From the NCBI GenBank assembly GCA_963807635.1, contig CAWEDJ010000029.1:1-16479 (forward strand): DNA of 16,479 nt. The letters run 5' to 3'. A program made the translations under genes and the position numbers. The notes beneath the pieces were generated by a model that was not told where the DNA came from, searched no databases, and saw only the letters and a list, made by a program, of their open reading frames with translations. This DNA is from an uncultured cyanobacterium (GTDB taxonomy: Bacteria > Cyanobacteriota > Cyanobacteriia > Cyanobacteriales > Microcystaceae). Positions 10,538 to 16,479 of this stretch are shown piece by piece. How positions within the stretch are numbered: position 1 is the stretch's first letter; the number at the start of each line of letters is the position of its first letter.

Positions 10538-11448
10538 GAGCGTGTCATCAATTAACACACTTGACATTAGTGAATAATTATGCTGTTTAAACTGGGCTAC
10601 GCTAACCATATAACTGATGCGGCCAGATAGATGCCGCCTAGAAAATTGGCTGAGCGCTTGTCGTAACGAGTCGCAAGCGCACGATATTGTTTGAGTTTCG
10701 CAAAGAAGTTTTCGACTAAATGACGCGCTTTATACAAAAATGTATCATAAGGGCGAGGTTCTTTTCGATTACTTTTCGAGGGTATCACAGGCACTATCCC
10801 TCTTTTTCTAGAACCTTAATGACTCTATCGTCTGCGTCATAGGCTTTGTCCCCTAGCACCGCTTCTGCTTCTACATCAGGCAATAGCACATCGGCTCCGT
10901 CTAAATCACACGCTTGACCTGGCGTTAGGAAAAAAGAGACTGGATTCCCTAATGCGTCTACTACGGCATGGATTTTCGTACTTAATCCTCCTGTACTCCT
11001 TCCTATATCTTCTTCCTCTGCGCTACTGTTTTTTGCTCCTGCACTGTGTTGATGCGCTCTCACAATCGTTGCATCTATCATTGCGTATTCATTATCAGCG
11101 TCCTGCGCTAAGTGCTTGAATACCTTTTCCCACACCCCTGATTTCGTCCATCGCGTAAAACGCGTGTGAATCACTCGAAAATCTCCAAACCTTTCGGGTA
11201 AGTCTCTCCAAGGAATGCCCGCTCTATATCGATATAATACGGCTTCAACAAACAAACGATTATCTTTGGCTGTTACTCCCACATCTCCCTCTTTTCCAGG
11301 TAATAGCTCTTTGATTCTTTCCCATTGGTCATCCCGCAACGCATAACGCCTCGTCATATTCACACCTCTCTTCAACGTATATTGTGTCATTTCATACTCT
11401 GCGCATTATTTGCCACTAATGTCAACCCCCCTAATTGATGACACGCCC
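10538..11448 (-). mobile_element. IS5-family (IS427-like) insertion sequence, about 911 bp
   Basis: IRs GAGCGTGTCATCAATTA-N6-TTGACATTAGTG and GGGCGTGTCATCAATTA-N6-TTGACATTAGTG (right end, reverse complement). Target CTAG is present at 10535-10538 and 11448-11451, so the duplication is TA or CTAG and the ends are uncertain by 1 nt. Confidence 0.95.
10597..11357 (-). pseudogene. IS5-family transposase with one frame break near 10797
   Basis: MTRRYALRDDQW...GIPWRDLPERFG...IDATIVRAHQHSAG...GDKAYD, then VIPSK...RHLVENFFAKLKQYRALATRYDK in another frame. One added A gives EG-IVPVIP. GAGGTG RBS precedes the ATG at 11357. Confidence 0.88.
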
Positions 11449-12231
11449 TAGGGTAACAGCGATCGCAATGATATGTAACTCAATACCAGCGACAGGAGCT
11501 GCTTCATTCGTATGGCAGCGAAAGTTAGCAGCAATCATTCCCGTATAGTGCATTCCCGATACGGCGAGTCCCATGACAATGGCAGAACTCAAAAGCGCAT
11601 AACGACGTGCTGCGGCAAAAAAATGACCAATGTAGAAGCGAAACCACAGAGCAACAAAGGCCAAAAGAGCTGCAACTAGAATCGATAGGGTGAATAACAA
11701 GGGATCATATTGAACCAATCCATCCAGATCCATAGCAGCCATGCCGGAATAATGCATTGTGCCGATGCCAAGCCCAAAGACCATTCCGCCTATCAGTAAT
11801 ACTTTGAAACTCGGTTGAGGACGGGAAACAAAATGCATGGCAAAGATGCTGGCAGCAACCCCTGGGGCGATTGAGAAAGGCCGTTAGCCAAGGGTTATAG
11901 CTAATACCACAGGGTAAATGAAAACCTAGCATTCCAATGAAGTGCATTGCCCAGATCCCAACTCCCATTGCTAAACCACTCAGGGACAAAAGGGCAAAGC
12001 GAATTTGTTTACTGGTAACGGGTTCAGAAAACTGCCCCATTAAAAATGCTGTATAGGACGTAAAAATTGCGATCGCGATCGACAGGATAACTAACCCTGG
12101 ATGATATTCGCCTTGATGGAAAAGACTGTTTTGAGGAATATTGTTAATAAACTGGAAATAATAATTGCCGAACATAGCTAATTTAAATCTATAGCGAAAT
12201 TTTGAGGAAAATGGATCGATAGTGATTTGGA

Positions 12232-12247
12232 TGTAGTGGTATTTACA
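12232..12247. promoter_or_regulatory. Candidate NtcA binding site
   Basis: TGTA-GTGGTATT-TACA matches TGTA-N8-TACA and lies 56 nt upstream of the MHYT kinase ATG (12175). Confidence 0.6.
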
Positions 12248-12398
12248 ACTCTTACAATAAAAAACGTTTAAAAATTTAAATAGAATAATACTGCCTTAGT
12301 ATATCGCTCAATTAAACCACTAAATTCATTCAATTTATGGACAAATCAGTGTTTCAGGTTCTATCATTCGTTCTCTGATAGAACAGCGATATTTAAAT

Positions 12399-12435
12399 GC
12401 GATCGCCGTAACGAATTTTGATCCTCCAGAAGCAG
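12399..12435 (+). repeat. 37-bp direct repeat, copy 2
   Basis: GCGATCGCCGTAACGAATTTTGATCCTCCAGAAGCAG, 36/37 identical to 308-344. Confidence 0.95.
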
Positions 12436-12441
12436 ATGTTA

Positions 12442-13502
12442 CAGCAAATTTCGTTCAAACCCGCTACAAGTATGGTAACATGAAAAAAACTTAAAAAAAT
12501 TAATGAGATATGGCAGCATATTCGCTAGATTTACGCCAAAGAATACTAACGGCATGGCAAAACCAAGAAAATACTCAAAGAGGTTTAGCAAAACGATTTA
12601 AGGTTAGCTTATCTTTCGTTCGCGATTTTTTACGTCGGTATCGACAAACAAATGAAATAGCACCCAAACCCCAAGGGGGAGATCGCCGTTCAAAGATAAA
12701 GGGTGAAGACGAAGAATTATTAAAAAAAATAGTTGCAGAACAAAATGATATATATTTACGAGAAATCCAAGAAAAATTGCAACAAGAGAAAGGAATAGAA
12801 GTAAGTATATCGGGGGTAAGTCGAACTCTTACACGTTTAGAATTAGGGCGTAAAAAAAAAACATTAGTAGCAAGTGAGCAAGGCACAGAAAAGGTTAAAG
12901 AATCGCGTTATGAATTTAGACGTTGGCTAGAGACGATAGATATAAGAAACCTGATATTCATTGATGAGACGGGTCTTAATCTAGCGATGGTAAGACTCTA
13001 TGCGCGTTGTCTGGGAGGAGAAAGGGTTTATGATGAGCGTCCAGGAAATAAAGGACAAAACATCACTTTAATTGGGGCGATGAGTGATGAAGGTTTGATT
13101 GCCTCAATGACCTTTCCTGGCAGTCTAAATACCGATAGTTTTTTAGTCTTTATTGAGCAAGTATTATTACCTCAGTTATGGGCAGGGGCAATTGTCGTGA
13201 TGGATAATTTGTCTGTACATTACGCTACCGTCACTACAAATCTGATTGAATCTGTTGGAGCCAAGGTTAAATTTTTACCTTCCTATTCGCCAGATTTATC
13301 ACCAATTGAGTTGTGTTGGTCTAAATTAAAAGAAATTATTCGCTCTGCTAAAGCTCGAACAATCGAGGCTCTTGACGAAGCTATTACTAATGCGATCAAT
13401 ACCATTACTGATGAAAATGCTCTTGATTGGTTCCAACATTGTGGTCTCTACTTTGAGCCTTTGAGATAGCTTTTTCGTGGTGCGTTTGATCGGAAATTGC
13501 TG
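12442..13502 (+). mobile_element. IS630-family insertion sequence (1061 bp), distinct from the first
   Basis: IRs CAGCAAATTTCGTTCAAACCCGCTAC and CAGCAATTTCCGATCAAACGCACCAC (right end, reverse complement). TA duplication at 12440-12441 and 13503-13504. Confidence 0.94.
12510..13469 (+). CDS. IS630-family transposase
   Basis: AYSLDLRQRI HTH N-terminus; DDE motifs FIDETG, VMDNLSVH, PSYSPDLSPIELCW. The A10 run at 12852-12861 is read in frame. Confidence 0.95.
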   Translation: MAAYSLDLRQRILTAWQNQENTQRGLAKRFKVSLSFVRDFLRRYRQTNEIAPKPQGGDRRSKIKGEDEELLKKIVAEQNDIYLREIQEKLQQEKGIEVSISGVSRTLTRLELGRKKKTLVASEQGTEKVKESRYEFRRWLETIDIRNLIFIDETGLNLAMVRLYARCLGGERVYDERPGNKGQNITLIGAMSDEGLIASMTFPGSLNTDSFLVFIEQVLLPQLWAGAIVVMDNLSVHYATVTTNLIESVGAKVKFLPSYSPDLSPIELCWSKLKEIIRSAKARTIEALDEAITNAINTITDENALDWFQHCGLYFEPLR

Positions 13503-13541
13503 TAGTGAAAAAAGTAGAACGCGATCGCTTTAAAATAGTAA

Positions 13542-13946
13542 TCAAAGGACTAATTGCTCGGCATAGTCGGATAAGCGTCGTTCATCTTCTACCTTGAGGA
13601 GTTGGCCATCAAGACGATTTAAGACCATCAAAACAGCAAATAGTTTTCCCTCTTGATAAACAGGAACCGCTAAGGCTGTCTTTGTCCCAAAAGCTTCGGC
13701 CATGTCCTGCCTAATTCTGTTATCTCCCAAGGTCTGACAGACTAAAACGGATTGTCCCTCGCTGGCAACGGTTCCACATAGCCCTGTTTTAGAGGTTTCT
13801 CCTCGTTTTCCTATGATGGCTGTGGCGTGTTTACCGATCGCTGTGGCGTAATACATAATTGTTCCATCGGATTCAGCCAGGGCGATCGCTACGGTTTCCC
13901 CTTGGGTTAATTGTTGAACATCTTGGGCAATTTGCTGTAAATTCAT
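13542..13946 (-). CDS. Stand-alone GAF domain protein
   Basis: 134 aa with GAF-like motifs GLCGTVASEGQSVLV, D.R, ALAVPV..EGKLFAVLMVLNR and EDERRL. No output domain. Confidence 0.85.
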   Translation of the reverse strand: MNLQQIAQDVQQLTQGETVAIALAESDGTIMYYATAIGKHATAIIGKRGETSKTGLCGTVASEGQSVLVCQTLGDNRIRQDMAEAFGTKTALAVPVYQEGKLFAVLMVLNRLDGQLLKVEDERRLSDYAEQLVL

Positions 13947-14116
13947 GGTGTAACCTTCATGTATTTTTAAAATTTTACTAGAAAAACCTGGAAAAAGTAT
14001 GGCTGTTCCTAATTCAATTTCAAAAAAAAATATGGAATTGTTAAAAAAATTGTTTTTGGCTAGATCCTTTGTCTGATAGAGCTTACGGAGTTTAAATTAT
14101 ATTATGGAGATGTCTA

Positions 14117-14518
14117 GTGAATTTCGATAAAGATATTATTACCGTCAGACCTTCAGAAACAATCGACACAATTCAGAAGTTGCCGAATTATGTTGGTATT
14201 TCAGGTAAAACGGCTGGTGCAACTGGAATTTCTATGAATGTGGTTATCATCCCACCTTCGGCAAAAGCCGAACCTCATTTTCATAACGGCTATGAAACAG
14301 CAATCTATCTATTGAAAGGTAACGTGCAAACCTTTTATGGAAAAAACCTATCTAAATCTGTAATTAATCAACAGGGCGATTTCATCTTTATTCCTGACGG
14401 TGTACCGCACCAACCTGTTAATTTAAGCAGCACCGAGGAAGTGATCGCATTAGTTTCGCGCAATGACCCAAATGAGCAGGAGAGTGTACAGGTTTATAAT
14501 CTAGATTACGCCGAATAA
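14117..14518 (+). CDS. RmlC-like cupin domain protein
   Basis: Cupin motif 1 PHFHNGYETAIYLLKG and motif 2 GDFIFIPDGVPHQPVN. GGAG RBS precedes the GTG start. Confidence 0.9.
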   Translation: MNFDKDIITVRPSETIDTIQKLPNYVGISGKTAGATGISMNVVIIPPSAKAEPHFHNGYETAIYLLKGNVQTFYGKNLSKSVINQQGDFIFIPDGVPHQPVNLSSTEEVIALVSRNDPNEQESVQVYNLDYAE

Positions 14519-14567
14519 AGTATTCTAACTGCCCTAAACTCTATTTAATTTGGTATAAAGTATTTCT

Positions 14568-14679
14568 GGCGTTGCTGAATCAAGGTATGAATGCAAACTT
14601 TGCACATATCTAAAAGTTAGTTTAAGTCTAGGTTTTAAAAATCTCATAAAGAAGATTCATAGCCCAAATCAGCAACGCC
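14568..14679. mobile_element. MITE-like element (112 bp) with 25-bp imperfect terminal inverted repeats
   Basis: Left end GGCGTTGCTGAATCAAGGTATGAAT; reverse complement of right end GGCGTTGCTGATTTGGGCTATGAAT. Non-coding AT-rich interior. No clear target duplication. Confidence 0.75.
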
Positions 14680-14734
14680 AAAGAAGTAACTTATTAACAT
14701 TTTAACATTTGCTAGTTAAAGATAGGTGATCAGA

Positions 14735-15586
14735 ATGACAAACCCTAATTACATCATCAGAACTATGAACCGAGATGAAATTAATCTCGCGGTAGAATGG
14801 GCGGCGGCTGAGGCTGGAATTCAGGTTTATATGATGCCGATAGTTTTTACGCTGCTGATCCACAGGGTTTTCTGATCGGAGAAATTGACAATCAGGCGAT
14901 CGCCACAATTTCTGCGGTTAAATATGTCCAAGATTTTGGTTTTCTGGGTTTTTATATTGTTCAATCAGATTATCGAGGTCAGGGTTACGGCTTGCAAATT
15001 TGGAATGCCGCTTTAGATTATTTAAAAGGACGCAATATCGGTTTGGATGGAGTAATCGCTCAACAGGAAAATTATCAAAAAGTGGGTTTTAAATTGGCCT
15101 ATCGCAATATTCGTTATCAAGGTGTTAGTGGAGGGAAGGTTTTAAATGATTCCTCCATTATTAATCTGTCACAAATTTTCAGTCGATCAAGTTATTGCCT
15201 ATGATCGTCCTTTTTTTCCTGGCGATCGCACTGAATTTTTAAAGTCATGGCTTAATCAGCGAGAAAGTATAGCTTTGGGAATTATTGAAGAGAATAAATT
15301 ATTAGGATATGGTGTTATTCGTCCCTGTCGTTCAGGCTATAAAATTGGCCCCTTATTTGCCGATAATCCAACTTTGGCAGAATCCCTTTTTCTGACCTTA
15401 AAATCTCAAGTTGAGCCTCAACAACCACTCTATCTTGATACACCAGAAGTTAATAGAGAGGCTATTGCTTTAGCAGAAAAACAGGGCATGAAAGTAGTCT
15501 TTGAAACGGCAAGGATGTACACAGGCGAGTTTCCTAATTTACCTTTTGATAAGCTTTTTGGTGTAACAAGCTTTGAACTTGGTTAA
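14735..15586 (+). pseudogene. Two-domain GNAT acetyltransferase (YitH-like, about 283 aa) with a -1 and a +1 frameshift
   Basis: MTNPNYIIRTMNRDEINLAVEWAAAE|GWN.GLYDADSFY...FGFLGFYIV..YRGQGYG...KIGPLFAD...FETARMY...FGVTSFELG. One G is missing at 14812-14813 and one T is extra at 15176-15179. Confidence 0.88.
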
Positions 15587-15633
15587 GCCTTCAATTATTT
15601 GGTTAAAGTTGAATTCGGGGATCATGTAGTAAC

Positions 15634-15822
15634 GTTAAACTAAGCGATTCCCTCACGGAAACCGCTCGTCTTCAAAACGCAGCATGAGACGTTAACCTCA
15701 CTGCGCTCCTCAATGATGTAACCCTTTTCATAGATACGTCCCAGACTTCCATAAGAAGTTGTTTTAATGTCAGTTCGGGATAAGACATCTCTGAAAGTAT
15801 TGATTTCTCCTTATGGGGTCGA
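15634..15822 (-). ncRNA. 3' part of an outer group II (IIB-type) intron: domains V-VI plus tail of its IEP frame
   Basis: DV at 15708->15675 is GAGCGCAGT-GAGGT-TAAC-GTCTC-AT-GCTGCGTTT (AGC triad, AY bulge). DVI is GAGCGGTTTCC-GTGA-GGGAATCGCTT with a bulged A 8 nt before the terminal AAC at 15634. Confidence 0.85.
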
Positions 15823-16479
15823 GTTGGGTCGAAGGGAAGTATTATCTTCCGCTCCTCCCAATTAGAACTGGACGTACCCGTTTCCGTGTATCCAGCTCCC
15901 GAAAATCTCAGGTTTCCCTTTTGCTCATGTGAATATAATGATGACAGGATTTGTGTACTGCCGTCACATTTTGAAGCTTCCAGTTATTGTGGTTACTGTC
16001 AATGTGATGGAGGTTTATATCTTCACCATCGATAAATCCTAGTCCGCAATATCCACAAGTATGGTTTTGCTTGATTAAAACTTTGGCTATTATCCCATCA
16101 TAGTGTTTGGATTCTCTTCTACTCCAGTAAATAATATCACCATTAAATGGAGACGCATCTCCCTTAACCATGATGTGTTTATTTTCTGAATATGCTACTG
16201 AGGGAAATGCTTTAACGATTAAAGCATCTGTTTGATAGCGGTTAAGTTTGGCTTCTTTATTAAAAACCTTCCATGCTCTAAGGCGAGTAAACCAGAGAGA
16301 AAACCTTGAGCCGTCCATCTTGCAGTAACGATGATAGTATCTCCATCCTCTAACTAACGGAGCAAGTTTCTTAGCTTTAAACGAGGCTCCATAATTTGAA
16401 TTATTGACTATAGATTTAACCTTCTTACGGAATGCCAAATAGTTCTCCTCTGAGGGAGTACATCTAAACTTACCGTTGT
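15823..16479 (-). mobile_element. 3' part of an IEP-encoding group II intron (continues beyond the window)
   Basis: DV at 15898->15865 is GAGCTGGAT-ACACG-GAAA-CGGGT-AC-GTCCAGTTC. DVI GGGAGGAGCGGAAG...CTTCCCTTCGACCCAAC ends at 15823. The IEP stop lies just upstream. Confidence 0.92.
15908..16479 (-). CDS. Group II intron-encoded RT/maturase, C-terminal part (domain X, D and HNH endonuclease); partial
   Basis: Frame is open to the window edge (NGKFRCTPSEENYLAFRKKVK). Domain X LAPLVRGWRYYHR; VKGDASPFNGDIIYW; HNH CGYC...LHHID..H...N...VHKSCH. Confidence 0.93.
   Translation of the reverse strand, partial: NGKFRCTPSEENYLAFRKKVKSIVNNSNYGASFKAKKLAPLVRGWRYYHRYCKMDGSRFSLWFTRLRAWKVFNKEAKLNRYQTDALIVKAFPSVAYSENKHIMVKGDASPFNGDIIYWSRRESKHYDGIIAKVLIKQNHTCGYCGLGFIDGEDINLHHIDSNHNNWKLQNVTAVHKSCHHYIHMSKRET

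Larger units (their letters stand above)
7455..12175 (-). pseudogene. MHYT-PAS-PAS-HisKA-HATPase-REC-REC-HPt hybrid sensor kinase (about 1268 aa reconstructed), split by an IS5-family element and a +1 frameshift
   Basis: Three MHYT motifs (AMHFIGM, TMHYSGM, GMHYTGM). Removing one A at 11876-11878 gives TAFSIAPGVAASIFAMHF. Removing the IS gives IAVTL|ATTLLTGIVMLVV, in frame with ORF 7455-10508. Confidence 0.93.
308..15229. repeat. Dispersed HIP1 octamers (GCGATCGC)
   Basis: More than a dozen copies seen, for example at 308, 541, 2337, 2343, 2497 and 12399. None noticed inside the three IS elements. Confidence 0.9.

Noticed and set aside
10790..10810. Programmed frameshift in the IS5 transposase
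   Set aside because: The break is far from the usual slippery site after HQHSAG, which is in frame here, and is explained by one missing A.
308..12435. 37-bp repeat as a CRISPR repeat
   Set aside because: Only two copies 12 kb apart, with no spacer array and no cas genes in the window.
12575..12886. 103-aa minus-strand ORF
   Set aside because: Antisense shadow of the second IS630 transposase.
4025..13502. Composite transposon formed by the two IS630 elements
   Set aside because: They have different IRs and transposases, each has its own TA duplication, and the first restores its host gene when removed.
13947..14116. NtcA site in the GAF-cupin spacer
   Set aside because: The GTA...TAC pair there is spaced by 12 nt, not 8.
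14702..14908. 68-aa minus-strand ORF
   Set aside because: Antisense to the frameshifted GNAT 5' part, which explains the region better.
14812..15179. Compensating -1/+1 frameshifts restoring a full-length GNAT
   Set aside because: The shifted frame reaches a TGA near 14872, well before the second indel.
15908..16479. RT/HNH ORF as a retron, DGR or IscB-type system
   Set aside because: Domain X motifs and a canonical DV/DVI directly after the stop identify it as a group II intron IEP.

Overview
Cyanobacterial DNA, judged from frequent HIP1 GCGATCGC octamers, forming a mobile-element-rich accessory region. The core is a minus-strand four-gene phosphorelay operon at 12175->1101: an MHYT-PAS-PAS-HisKA-HATPase-REC-REC-HPt hybrid kinase, a REC-HisKA-HATPase, a dCache-HAMP-PAS-HisKA-HATPase-REC hybrid kinase, and a REC-kinase with Gln in place of the H-box His. 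A perfect NtcA-type box lies upstream. Each membrane sensor kinase is split by an IS (IS5 family and IS630 family) at the end of its membrane input domain and also carries single-base frameshifts. A 37-bp direct repeat (308-344 and 12399-12435) brackets the operon together with plasmid-like remnants (decayed parA and partner). To the right are a second IS630, a stand-alone GAF gene, a cupin gene, a 112-bp MITE-like element and a frameshifted GNAT gene. The window ends with the 3' ends of two different group II introns in a nested (twintron-like) arrangement. All calls are by eye; no database searches were run.
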